Under the pieces are notes generated by a model. The model was not told where the DNA came from and did not search any database. It saw nothing but the letters and a program-made list of their open reading frames with translations. A stretch of 63,567 nucleotides of DNA, counting the filler, from Rhabdomonas costata (taxonomy: Eukaryota), in the NCBI GenBank assembly GCA_019059605.1. It is 47 parts of 47 records of this genome, joined end to end, with 100 filler letters (N's around TTAATTAATTAA, not from the genome) between each part and the next. Parts side by side here need not be neighbours in the genome. Positions count along the whole stretch, not along the records: positions 47,414 to 48,668 come from JAHMHO010021739.1; positions 48,769 to 50,024 come from JAHMHO010021740.1; positions 50,125 to 51,378 come from JAHMHO010021741.1; positions 51,479 to 52,733 come from JAHMHO010021742.1; positions 52,834 to 54,088 come from JAHMHO010021743.1; positions 54,189 to 55,443 come from JAHMHO010021744.1; positions 55,544 to 56,798 come from JAHMHO010021745.1; positions 56,899 to 58,147 come from JAHMHO010021746.1; 39 more parts are not named here. One strand, 5' to 3'. The position numbers were made by a program, and so were the translations under genes. Shown here one piece after another: positions 47,314 through 59,480 of this stretch; the stretch's first letter is position 1, and every line of letters begins with the position of its first letter.

Positions 47314-48776
47314 NNNNNNNNNNNNNNNNNNNNNNNNNNNNNNNNNNNNNNNNNNNNTTAATTAATTAANNNNNNNNNNNNNNNNNNNNNNNNNNNNNNN
47401 NNNNNNNNNNNNNGTGTTTGGTGGTTGGGGTGGCGAAGCACACTGGGAAGTGAGATGCTGCGAAGAAGGCCATAACGTCCACCGATTGGTGCAACCTTTG
47501 GTGTCACCATTTGCTCTGCACGTAGGTGGAAGGTCTAGACTCCATCGAATGGATCTCTGTTGTTCCCCTTTGTTCCTTACCCATTCCCTCCACCCCCACA
47601 AGCTGGCGGTGTTGGGCCATAGTGCTACAGCCTTGTTTCCTTTCTTTGCTTTGCTGTGCCGTTTAGCTTCTTTCCGCTTCCGCAAGGCGTGACGGACCCC
47701 CCCTCTGGCTTTACCTCGCCCCTTTCTCTTTCACGAACAAGACAAACATGGACATACACACACAACCCGCAGTCCGCTCACTCGCTGATGGTGATGTCGA
47801 AACGCACAGACGTTATAGAGCAAGGGGGGCCGTCCAATGTTCTTTTTGCTGTACTTTCGTATGCATGTGCCTTGTGGGACGCTTCCAGCTTGCGACGCGA
47901 CCTTGGCTCCCCCACACCTGTTTCCAGGTTTTGTCCCTTCGGCCGAGACGGACTTTTGTGTGCACTGTGTGGCCAGCTCCGTTTCCGTTTCCGTTTACGA
48001 AGCGTTGAGGAGGTTGTTGGGTTCTTGTTCAACGTTCTCCGTTGCGTTCAAGTAAGCGCGTGGATCCTCTGTGGCGCCATAAGGCCAAAAGAGCCGTATA
48101 CAGGCATTTCCGGCATTTTTGTATGGTTCAAACGCTCAACAATGTACTGTGAAGCAGTCCCTCGCTCCATGCCTGCGTTCCCACACCAAGTTCTTCTAAC
48201 CGACGCCTTGCACGAAGGTGTCCGGACGACCGCCCGGAACCCCGGCCCCAGCCACCATTGTGCGCAACCTGGCGTTTGGCATCAACCATTAAGCGTCAGG
48301 CGCCGCCCCCGTGCACACCCGTCGCAAAAAAGACCTTGGGGTAAAGTCCTGCGTTCCCTCAATTTTGTCCTACCGTGTCGTCGGCCAGGGAACCAAACCA
48401 GTCAGGACCAAAACCTGGTGACGTCAGGGCGGTCCGCCACCGCACCGGCAAAAGAAGCCGGTCGGGCAGTTTAACGGCCTGTTTTTGTCAGACGGCTCGG
48501 CGGGCCCGGACCAATTCCGTGGCTCTTGCGGCTTCCTGCCGGGCCTCGGTCTCCGGTTATCTGATACTTAGTTACTTAACAAAATACTTTGATGATTCGG
48601 TAGAAATTAAGTTGAAACTCCTCTCTTTCCCAATCCCAAAACAAAAGCGTTTGAAGGAAACCAACCCCNNNNNNNNNNNNNNNNNNNNNNNNNNNNNNNN
48701 NNNNNNNNNNNNTTAATTAATTAANNNNNNNNNNNNNNNNNNNNNNNNNNNNNNNNNNNNNNNNNNNNTCGGAGCG

Positions 48777-49848
48777 ATGGGACCGCACGCCAGAGGCACA
48801 GTGGGGGACGCTCAGACGTTTGAGACGTGGGACGCCTTTGTAGCTTACTTGAAGATCAGGTTCTGTTCGGACACTTTTGAGTACAACATTTTGTGGAGAT
48901 TGGATAAGCTGATAGTTGACGGAAACTTTCAGTTTTTCGTGCCTCAGTTCACACTGCGAGCCAAGCTACTGAGAGGTTGTCCTTTTGTTCATGACTTACA
49001 CTTGAGGTACCATTTTATTCAAGGTTTGGTGACAGACATGCAGGCGGAGCTGATGACGAAAAAGCTTTTGAGTTTGCAGGAAAACGTTGACGCAGCCTGG
49101 GAGTTACACAGGAAACCCAGAGCCCCACCCAAGGTCATTGTTGTCGCGCCACCAGCATAGAAAGCGACAGCAAAACCGACCAGAATGGAGCTGGATTCAT
49201 TGAGATTCGGCAACTCGCCTTTTGGAGGGGCGCGGTACTCTGACCAGCCACCCGCTCGAATTCAATCACATGGTTCAGAGAGTGCGGGTGTGGTCAGTGC
49301 AAGCTCGAGGGGCCTGAGTGGGATGTCGGTTGACGGGGGTTTGGACGCCATGACGTCAGGAACATTTCTGGGGAGATCGCGTCGCCTCCCAGAGGGGTGC
49401 TGTTTGTGGAGCGTGGAGAGGCGCAAGCCAACTCAGTTAGGACCACGTCACCTAGACCCCCATCCCCAACGACCAGAGTGTACCACAGGGGGGAAGCTTT
49501 TTGAGTAGAGGAAGAGGAGGAGGATTACATAGAACCATTTCACCGGTTAAAGACAGACCAAGAGTAGGGGGTAGACCGGTGGTGTAACAGAGGTCTATCT
49601 CGCCGAGATCACCGGCGACAACAAATACCCTTAGGTTGGAAGGGAGAAGCCCGTTTACACAACCACCCTTGGACGCGGTGCAGCGGGGGGCGCTGAGGTG
49701 TTTTTACTGCGGGTCGCCAGGCCATTTCATGAATGATTGCCAGGAAATCAGGTCGAGAGCGGGTCAGTCAGCACCAACAACATTGTCATGGAGTACACAG
49801 TTTCAGGACGGGGGAACTGTCCCTGTCAAGAAGGAAACCTCAAACTGA
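48777..49848 (+). mobile_element. Decayed LTR retrotransposon gag (Ty3/gypsy-like) with zinc knuckle
   Basis: TWDAFVAYLKIRF...LDKL...F...F...LRYHFIQGL...Q.EL....SLQE..DAA matches the retrotransposon gag capsid pattern. CFYCGSPGHFMNDC (CX2CX4HX4C) lies at about 49699-49740. The frame is interrupted by stops and shifts. Confidence 0.85.
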
Positions 49849-50124
49849 AGAGGGTTGGAAGTGGGGCGACGCCAACCCGCGACATTGAGCCCAAGAGTAT
49901 TGAACGAGAGTTTTTGCCCGAGAGTGTTGCAAGTTTGTTTTCAGTCGAGCAAGAAGGAGAGTGTTGGGGCAATTTGGCCTTGCCGTGGTTTTTGGATCAA
50001 GCGGTAGGCCAGAGATACAAGGAGNNNNNNNNNNNNNNNNNNNNNNNNNNNNNNNNNNNNNNNNNNNNTTAATTAATTAANNNNNNNNNNNNNNNNNNNN
50101 NNNNNNNNNNNNNNNNNNNNNNNN

Positions 50125-51378
50125 GGTTGTTTGTGAGGTAGTCCAGGTAGTTCTTCGGGGTGACGTAGTTGTGGCGCCGCAGCTGCTGCTCGTACAGGTG
50201 GCTCTGCTGGTTCGCCTCGATGTGGACCTAATAAAAGTGAAAAACCGTAAAACCATAACATATCCCCTCCCCCCCAAATGAGAAATACTTGTCCAAATCC
50301 ACATCCACATTCGCGCATATGCATAACAACCTGCACCATGTGCTCCTTGATGGGGCCACGGAGCTCGTCGGGGAGGGTCTCCTCTCGCAGGAAGCGCTGC
50401 GCCACGGCCTCCAGGGCCTCCCTGGGCCACTTGGTGAACCAGTCGATAACGGTGCAGTTGACCAGACCGGGGAAGCTGCGGCAGCGGGTGCGCAGGGTGT
50501 CCCCAGAGGGGCTCATGCTGAGCACGACGTGGAGGTTGTTGCGGCAGCGGGAGACGAAGTAGCCCCACTTGTTGTCCTTCGTGGGGGCTAGCCCCAGCGC
50601 CACCACCTCCTCCACCACCCCACCCATCAGGCCCTCCTTCTCCTCCTCCAAGTACAGCGCCGGCACCATCCCGCTGGTCAGCATGTTGTTGATCAGCTCC
50701 AGGAAGCTCTCCTGGCTGACCTGGCAGCCCCGTCATCCCCGCATTCCAAACAACAAGCACAAGCATGACTTCGACTGCTGGATTATTCCATGTCTGTGAA
50801 CTCTGTTCGGATTCAACTCAGTGCCGCATAGAGACCGAGTCATGAATCATATGTCAAAAACAACACTGTGGGTTCTCCCCAAGACGGTCCATGGCACGAA
50901 CACCCATTGCACAAAGCTTACGCTGTGTGGTTCCTTGCCCAAAGATTCCAAGCAAACGAAGAGAGGAAGCATAAGGCGAAAACAACACAATAAAAAACGG
51001 AAGAAAAAAACGCGGTCCGACCTGGGAGTCCGTGAATAGGAACACCACAGGCTCGTTCTGCACCCCAGCGATCTGGTACAGCCTCTTAAGGTCCTCCCGG
51101 AAGTGCTCCTCGGCGTACCCGCGGCACAGCGCAATCTCGAACAGCTTGAACCCCACCGTAAAGGCCGCGAGCTTCGTTAGACTCTGCTTCCCGGAGCCTC
51201 CAACCCCGACCAGCAGAGCATTGCCTCGGTTTACGCTGATAATCCGGAGGATCCGCACGAGGTGCTCCAGGGCCATCTCGAACATCACCAGGTCCATCTT
51301 CTTTAGAGGGCTATTGTAGTCGTCCAGGATCTCTGTGGTAAGCGCTCGCACCGCAGTGTGATCGCTTACCACAACAAA
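50125..51378 (-). CDS. DNAH10: Axonemal dynein heavy chain, AAA4 region, inner-arm I1-alpha (DNAH10)-like; exons about 51378-51022, 50720-50331 and 50227 to contig edge
   Basis: Motifs: MDLVMFEMALEHL.RI.RII...RGNALLVGVGGSGKQSL (P-loop 4), FLELINNMLTSGMVPALY, NLHVVLSMSPSGDTLRTRCRSFPGLVN..IDWF..WP and RRHNYVTPKNYLDY. Two GT-AG introns of 301 and 103 nt. Confidence 0.92.
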
Positions 51379-51752
51379 NNNNNNNNNNNNNNNNNNNNNN
51401 NNNNNNNNNNNNNNNNNNNNNNTTAATTAATTAANNNNNNNNNNNNNNNNNNNNNNNNNNNNNNNNNNNNNNNNNNNNAAAAGAACAAAACACATGTGGG
51501 CACCGACAAGGGAAGACCACTGCGATGGATGGAGGCGGCTGCATACAGCAAATGCACACAGATCCCATTGTGTCGAAGAATGAGAGCAAATGGAGCCACC
51601 TCCGCGTGCGCTCCGTGTAAAGGAAATCATAAGCTGTATGAAGAACGTATGAATGTATGAATTTTCAGATGATAGCTTCAAGAGCCGTGGAAGTGTGCCG
51701 GCGTATTTGGCTGCGGGTGGGTGCGCGGCCACACACACACACATACACACAC

Positions 51753-52188
51753 CACTGCCCGGAGCTTTCCAGCCAGCTCCTCCACCAAGTGCTCAGTGAA
51801 CACCGTGGACAGGCTCTCGTCGCAGGTCACCACGACGTCGGTCTGCACCAAAGGGACGACGGCCCCCCCCACCGTGGGGCGTACCTGCTGCCGCGGGAGG
51901 GTGAGAGTCCGCCGCAGAGGGATGGGAGTGGCCGTGGTGGGCGGTGGGGGTGGGAGCATGGAGCGGTTCCGCGGAAGCGGCGGTGGAGGAGGTGGGCCAG
52001 CGAAGGGCCTGAAAGGCGGGGTGCTCGGCCTGCAGCAGGGCGGCCATCTTGGCGTTCATTGTGCTGAGGTCCCGGGCCTGGGAGTCCGAGAGCGTGGGCA
52101 GGCTGCGGTAGAACGGCGGGACCAGGCGGAACCGCGCAAGCGCGAAGGGTGCGGGGCTGAGGTCGGGCACCAGCTCCAGCTGCGCCAG
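51753..52188 (-). CDS. Sec24-like C-terminal (gelsolin-like) region; exons 52188-52030 and 51887-about 51753
   Basis: The spliced peptide LAQL...LPTL...NAKMAALLQ|QVR...VVTCDESLSTVFTEHLVEE resembles Sec24 (LP.L...N.RVRNIINQLR...F...LVED). It requires a GC donor. Confidence 0.45.
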
Positions 52189-52996
52189 CTGAGCCCGGGA
52201 AAAGGAAAAGGCGGAGGCACTTGCTCAACCCACTCACACGTCACGCGCCCGAGGAAAGAGAGTTTCTTCCGAGGGGAAAAGAGATAAAATCACGACGGGC
52301 CGAACGGAAGTGGGGGCGGGGGTAAAACTGGTAATAACAGAAAACTGGCATCGGCACCTTGCGCTTGCCTGGACATTTGTGGCGGAAACGAGCACTAATG
52401 TCAACGCAGACGCAACGTTGTCAGAACCTTGAAAACTTGTCAGAAAGTTGGGGGGGGGGGTGTTAATGGTGCCAATGGTAACAGATACCATTAAGCTTTT
52501 TCTCAAATTAACTCAGATACGGCCGGGTGAAACACACCAGCATCCTCCCAATGACTTTATTTGTGTAGGGGGTTTTGACAAATGTTATTTGCTCAGCGGC
52601 AGAAAACAACATGAAAACAACACTTTGCTGCTGTTGTCATGTGCAGGTTTCTTTGACTGAAGACGGTCACTTTTGCTCTCTTGTTTCGCTTGCGCGAGCG
52701 TTTAAGCGGAAACTCGAGAGCAACCACCACAAANNNNNNNNNNNNNNNNNNNNNNNNNNNNNNNNNNNNNNNNNNNNTTAATTAATTAANNNNNNNNNNN
52801 NNNNNNNNNNNNNNNNNNNNNNNNNNNNNNNNNGTTTTTTGTGATCCTTTCTTTTATGATGGTGAAGAAGTTGTCGCGCCATTTTTTCGTCTCATCGGCG
52901 TATGTATCTTTCAATGTGAGGTGCGTCTGGGTCTGGACACTGTTGTGACTGGCACTCGTGAGATTCCAGTTGAACTTCTCCTTTCTCCTTTCGCAG

Positions 52997-54040
52997 GCCC
53001 TGAAAACGCTGGGCGAGCGCAAGGCAGTGTTCAACGAATACTGTGAGAGAAAGCGCAAGGCAGACAGAGAGAAGCAGATCATCTTGAGGAAGCGCTACCG
53101 CGAGGACTTCATGCAGGTGGGCGCTGAAGCATTCCCCCCTTTTCTAGAGTTCTCGAAGAAATGAGGCTTTCTTGCACTTAGGCATCTTGTCCGCCCACAT
53201 CTCTCTCGAGTTTCTGATTCACCGTTGCTTCAGTTTTCTCTTCCGTTTCCTTTTCCTGCTGCGCGCAATGTGTGAGGTCCGCAACTTTATAAAAACAACA
53301 TCAACATTTTCTAGCTCTATTGCTTCGTCCCCACAGATTCGATGCACACTTCGCGCACGCTGCAGTCATGCACACTCGTACACGCGTGCAGATGCTGGAA
53401 GAATGCTCGCGGTTAACGTCAGACATGCCTTGGAGGACTGCCCTGGCGTACTTCGTGAAGGACCCGAGGTACACACGGATCGACTCCAGTGTCGAACGAG
53501 AATCTCTGTACGAGGTTAAGTTCTACCCCCGACCCCTTTCCCACCTTCATTGTAATTAACACATCGGGATGAAAGCCTTGCACCAGCAGTAAAATTCTGT
53601 GTTTGCCAAGGTGTTATGGTGTTCGGCGCTTGCCAATTCTCCTTCCCCGCCTTCAAAACCGGAACCGAAAACACATAAGTTAGATCATTTTGAAATTTCT
53701 GTCCCTCGCATGGGTCAAGCACAAAATTTACAGCAGGTCAAGCCATTCTTGTCCAACTGAGAACACCAGATACAAAAGAGTCCGCCTTTTCCGCTGAAAC
53801 ACCTGATGCATGTGTCAGTTAGGTGAAAGCTCGACGGTATGCGGTACACACGTGGACCTCAGAACAGTGCTCTACACACTTACTTTTCTGTGATGGTTGT
53901 TGTGGTGCCAGGACTACCTGGTCATTCTGGAGCGCAAGGAGAAGGAGCAGCAGAAGCTGCGGAAGAAGCAGCAGATGGCGGAGTTTCGGCAGCTCCTCGA
54001 GGAGTGCAAGCTGATCAACTCGCAGTCCCAGTGGAGAAAG
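52997..54040 (+). CDS. PRP40: FF-domain splicing factor PRP40-like; exons 52997-53116, 53392-53514 and 53912-54040
   Basis: ALKTLGERKAVFNEY...REDFMQ|MLEECSRLTSDMPW....YF..DPRY..I...ERESLYE|DYL..LERKEKE...FRQLLE...I...SQWRK gives tandem FF domains as in PRP40. GT-AG introns, all phase 0. Confidence 0.9.
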
Positions 54041-57000
54041 GTCCTGAACCCCCCGCCACCAAATGGACGTGGTGTCATTTTTTTTTTTNNNNNNNNNNNN
54101 NNNNNNNNNNNNNNNNNNNNNNNNNNNNNNNNTTAATTAATTAANNNNNNNNNNNNNNNNNNNNNNNNNNNNNNNNNNNNNNNNNNNNGGGGGGTGTTTG
54201 TTTCAAAAGCGATTAGGCGAGAGCGACGAAGAAAAATCAACGAGGGGGACACAATATCGCCGCGAAGCAATCCATTCAACCGAGATACACACAGGAAAAA
54301 TTGACGGGCATAACAATAAGCCTTGCCGGCACAAAAAGCTGCAAAACGCCAATGAAAAAGGGGCGGAGGCAGCACAATATCTTGCAGTCGTGTACTCGTC
54401 GTTTTTATTGCGGGTGGTGGGAAGGAGCTGCGCTGCAAAAGTGTGCAAACCCGAAAGGGATCTCCACTTCATGTTGTTGAGGAAAGCGCAAAGAAAGAGA
54501 CGTGGAGGTACAAGAGAGCTCATGATCCAAAGCTCCCGAAATGGCAGGTCTCTACCCGCCTAAAAAGGCCTCACAAGCCAAAGCGAACAAAAAGCACAAC
54601 CATTTCAGTTCCGAAGCAATCGACAGAAAGGCTGCGCAAGAACGCGCGAGTGCGGCTCTTAGGGATCTGCTTTGCGAGCCCTCCCTGCAACGCAACGCAC
54701 AGAGCCCCGTGCGTCAGCCATCGCGGGAGGGCCGGGGTTGGGGACAAGGGCTGCTGTTCTGACCGCCTGGTAGCTCTCTGGGAGCAGAGCACAAATCCGT
54801 TTGTAGGCTTCCAGAAAGGATGTATACTTCTCTGAAAGAATAAGACCTGAAGCACCTCTCCTACCACCGTTTGTAGCGCAATCCGCCCCCTCTCCCCCGG
54901 AAGGGGATATTAGCCGAAGTTGCCAAAGATAAAACAGGTCTGGGGCTCCGACTCCCCGCTTCCAACCCATCTGCATCTGCATCTGCCCAAGCTTAAAGGC
55001 CAAAAACAATCACATCAGCAACTGACCCTGAGAAAGTTGTCTCAAGGGGGGTGTGACTCCGCAAGGCTAGCACCAGAGCGAGTGGAGACCCGACTGGCGG
55101 GACCCCGTAGCCGTTCCATCGCTTCGCGAAGCATCGCTGCCTTAACGGCAAAAAAACAAAATAAACGGAGCAGATCCTCGGCTCAGCAAACAATTGTTCA
55201 CTGTCCAATGACCACCACGCGACAAAAAACCATGAGGCACAAGCACATCGGAAATGAAGGTGTGTTCATAAGAAAAGGTCAAAAAGGTCGATGTAAGTGC
55301 GCGGCTTGAAGATAACTTAGGTGCGGATCCTTGAAATAGTGGTTTGTGTGTCATAGGCGCTGCGGGTGGTGGGGAAACAAAAAGCACGGGGGGCTACAAC
55401 GCCGCATTCTTTGCAACTGCAGAGGGTCGGGGCAACAAAAACCNNNNNNNNNNNNNNNNNNNNNNNNNNNNNNNNNNNNNNNNNNNNTTAATTAATTAAN
55501 NNNNNNNNNNNNNNNNNNNNNNNNNNNNNNNNNNNNNNNNNNNGTGTTGGGGGGCAAAAAGCCTTGAAAAAGGGGCTTTTTGGCGTCGACAAGGGCTGCG
55601 AAAGGGGTGAAAATGAGGGAACTTCGGCCGCTTGGGTAAAGTGGTGTTTCGGTTGGTTGCAATAGCGGCAAACCGCGGGGAGGGGTCCCCCTTCCTCGAA
55701 GTAGGTGGAATCCATGTTGGGATAAGCGTGCACCCTCGTTTGGTTATCCGATGGCAAAAATTCGACGATTTTATTTTTTCGAACCTAATACCCCCCTCAG
55801 GAAAATTTTCAATTTTTGGGCCCGCGGATATTGCCGAATTTTTCTCAAAAAATTTCTCAAAAAAAGCTAAAAATCGTGTTTTTGGGCCATAAAACGAAGT
55901 AGACTTCGAGTCCAAGCCGGTAAAGGTGAGGTATCCCCACATTTCGTAGAAGACGAAAAACACGCTTTGGAAGCTCGAAGCGCTGATTTTAGGCAGAAAA
56001 GGCCGATTTTCGAGCCAAAATACCACTTTTTGAGCTCCACAACGAGGACCATCGAAAGTCCGCTGACAAAGGTCGAAAATGGGTACCCTGACGTCCGAAC
56101 GCATCTGACCAACTCCCAGCATTTCCGGATGGTCCCTTCCCAGCCGTTGAACCAACGCGCCCCAACGCTTTCGCGCAGTCGCAAGGCACCACAATAAGCG
56201 AACTGACCACTGCAACGAGGCTGGGACCAATTGTGATCCCTTGTTGCATGTCCTTAGATAATACTCATAAGATGCGAATTTGGTCATAAGGGGGGGCTTT
56301 TATGCTTCCGCTTTATGGGATGGGTGGTCGCTTCCCGTTCCGTTGCTCACTCGGCTTTGCATGCTGCGCTTGACGTGGGCTGCTATTTGATAGGGTTGTC
56401 CATGTTAATGCTAAGGCCTTGGCTTTTACCGGAGGCGGGCGGGCACTTTTTTGAACTCTGCAGCCTGCAGTACTTTTTGTTGGCTTGGATATTGGGGGGC
56501 TTTGATGCGTTGGTGAGAGTTCTTTGGGCGTTGGGGCGTTAGGGCCTTAAGAGGGCCACTGGCCTGGCAAAAAGACGAATCTGTGACATACTAAAACCAA
56601 GGAAGCTAAGGAAATCAATTTGCTTTTTGTAGCCGATTGCGGGGCTTTTTGAGGCTTTGGCATTTTGGTTGGTGAACTGCACCCTTTCTTTTTGCGGTTA
56701 GAGGTTCGATACTAGTGTGAGAGGGTATCCACCCGTTGCGTCCTGAACTGGTGCTTCGGCTTTCCCACAAACACGTGATGAAACCTTGAGGTACACTCNN
56801 NNNNNNNNNNNNNNNNNNNNNNNNNNNNNNNNNNNNNNNNNNTTAATTAATTAANNNNNNNNNNNNNNNNNNNNNNNNNNNNNNNNNNNNNNNNNNNNAC
56901 AGGAAGATCGAAAGAAGGAGAAGGTACCAACAGGCAAGAAAAGCACGCCGCCTGATTCCGAGAGGTCGGTTGGCGGTTGGGATTTATTTTGGAAGCTCAG

Positions 57001-57312
57001 AAAGAGGTAAAAGAAAGCCAAGAGGGAATTTACAAGTAAGGCATTGGAAAACTCTCAGAAAAGGAAAAGCTTTAATGGGGATTGATTCTAAAGCCTGATG
57101 ATTAATTTGGAAAACTCGGTAGGAAATTTCCGACAAAATCAGCGGTAGACTTGCACTTTTATTGGAGTAGCCCTTGCCGCGGGTCAGCAAAAACGCGATC
57201 GGGGCAGGGGTCCCTGCGAGCGCCAAAAACAACATGTGTACTCTACTAAAACGCCTACAAAAGCAAAATCCCGACCCGTCCTCTTCCACCCCAGCCGGAC
57301 CACTTTCCAGCT

Positions 57313-57643
57313 TCCAGCCTAGCTCAGTTGGTTCCGCACTGGGCCAAGGGTGCATCGTGGGTTCGAATCCCAGTTTTGGGGGCTTTTCCCTTATCCCGGG
57401 CCCTATGGCCCAGCTTGCAGACCCTTCCCCATAGCTGAGTGGGCTGCGGTGCACCTCTTCCGTGCCAGAGATCCGGGTTCAAACCCCGCCCCGTGCTGAA
57501 AATTTTCCTTCCCCGAAGTGCCCTTGGGCTATGCAAGGGAGCTTTCCCCGGATCCCCGCTTCCACCCGTAGTCCAGTTGGGAAGCACCTTGCCCGGGCAG
57601 ACTATAGTGTACCGCTCCGCAGGTTCAATCCCTGCTCCAGACC
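57313..57643 (+). promoter_or_regulatory. Three tandem tRNA-like units (Pol III type-2 A-box/B-box pairs), not canonical tRNAs
   Basis: A boxes: TAGCTCAGTTGG 57320, TAGCTGAGTGG 57432, TAGTCCAGTTGG 57569. B boxes: GGTTCGAATCC 57360, GGTTCAAACCC 57476, GGTTCAATCCC 57622. T-stems pair (4, 4 and 5 bp); acceptor stems do not close. Confidence 0.75.
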
Positions 57644-58405
57644 GAAAAATTCGAAATTCTCGAAAGTTCAGCCAGAGACCGAAAACCGATTCCACCCCCT
57701 CCGGCACCTTTCAAACCGATGAGAATCGCTCTTTTCCCGCTCGGACGTGCCGTTTACGCCAAGAAGGTGCCACTTTACGGTTTGCTGGGACCATGGGCAA
57801 AGTCCCTTTAGGGACAACGGGAAGCAAGGTGGGCGACTACGGCTTTGGGAAGGGTCCAGCAGCAGAGGCAGAGTTGGCGACCAGTCACAGGTGACCTACC
57901 CCCCTGTTCTCGAGGTCGCAGCGTCAGAAAAAGGACCTCCGGAGCCTTGATAACACCATTTTATGCTCGTAAAAGGCCAAAATGTGGCCCTCAAAGGGCC
58001 ATTTTCAGGCTGCTTAGGGACGTTTTGCTCCTGCCCCCCCGCGAAATAGTCCATTTCTGGGTCAAAAAATTCGACCCCCCCGAAATGTTCTATCTCGATC
58101 CAGAATCAAAAGCGGAGAAGTCTTGCTTATTACAGCATGCCTTTTTTNNNNNNNNNNNNNNNNNNNNNNNNNNNNNNNNNNNNNNNNNNNNTTAATTAAT
58201 TAANNNNNNNNNNNNNNNNNNNNNNNNNNNNNNNNNNNNNNNNNNNNGGGGGGGGTAGTGAAAATACTGGGCTTCAGTGCATATTCGTCGCGCTTGTTTT
58301 TCAAGCTGATTTTCGACCCCCTACTATAACCTCTTAATTTTGAGACAATATTTTCTTACTCTCACAGCAAACTTCTGAAAAACTCCGGAAGTGGCTCTCA
58401 AGAAC

Positions 58406-59480
58406 CTGTCTGGGGCGCTGGAGTGCTTCCACGTCTGTGCCTGGCCCTGGGTGACACATTCCTTGACCCCGCTCTGGAATTTCGCGGCCCTGAGCTTGAC
58501 CTCCTCGCGCACAGGGTTCACGGCGGGCTTCAGGTTGAGGTCCAGCTCTGTCCAGAAGAGACTCTCGACCTGCCGCTTCTGAATGTGCCCGCAGGAAGGA
58601 CGTTAGGTCAAGAGAGGGACAAAGCCGGAAGCGGAGATGTGAAGCGGAGATTCCCATCAGGAGAGAGATCATGCGGTGGTGATACCGCCCGGGGAGTTCA
58701 AAAATAAAGCAGTAGGAGCAGGCAAAAGACACCTCCAGGTGAAAACCAGGTTTTTCGCCACCTCTTCGAAGTACGACAATGCCTGATCTGCACTTCACTC
58801 TTTCGGTGCTGACTTTTGGGGTCCACAAAAGTGACTGCAATGTCAGGAGCTCAACAGTGGAGAGCGAAAATACAAAACACAGGAGCAGGACATGCGGCCA
58901 AGAAAGCGATGTGCAAGAAGGAAACAATAAGTTACAGAGAGAGACAAGTGAAAACAAGCAAAGCTGGAGAGTCTCTAACACAGGCATACCACCACCGAAG
59001 CAACTGCTGAACCATCAAACCAACCCCACGAGGCGGGATTAGGTGACCTCTTCTACAGTTCGGTGTCCGTGTGTGTGTGTGTGTGCACCTGAACCCGGAA
59101 CATAAACTGGCTGCATATGTGACGCTTTGCTACTTACTTTGCGAGATTGCTGTCATTTGAAAGTTGTCTTCAACTGACGAAGCCCCTCCCTTTGATTTGT
59201 TCTCGCGTGAGCACTTCAGTATGACGAAGAAACCACCGCACCATACATACAAAATAGAAAGTGCCGCGTCTGATGCACAAATGTACGTACGCCGACGTGG
59301 GTGGGTGTGCCCGACGGGTAGGAGGGGGTATATCACCTGCTCCTCCCTCGCCAGCTCGACCTGTTGCTCCACCAGCAGCTGCATCGCCGTATGTTCGTCG
59401 CCGTCTGTGGTCTTCAGGGCCTCGCTGATGTAGCTCTCCGGGAGGTTCCTGAAGATCTTCAGCAGAGAGGTCTTCCCCCC
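58406..59480 (-). CDS. Protein with a CUE/UBA-like domain; exons about 59480-59337 and 58569-58406
   Basis: LLKIFRNLPESYISEALKTTDGDEHTAMQLL fits the CUE pattern (L..MFP.L....I...L....G.V..A...LL). Donor CAG|GTGATA and acceptor GGCAG| join in phase 0. Confidence 0.55.

Noticed and set aside
57100-57240. Divergent snRNA gene upstream of the tRNA-like boxes (trypanosomatid arrangement)
   Set aside because: I could not recognise U2, U3, U4, U6 or 7SL motifs by eye; an Infernal search would be needed.
57313-57643. Three functional tRNA genes
   Set aside because: The acceptor stems do not pair properly, and units 1 and 3 lack a normal 7-nt anticodon loop.
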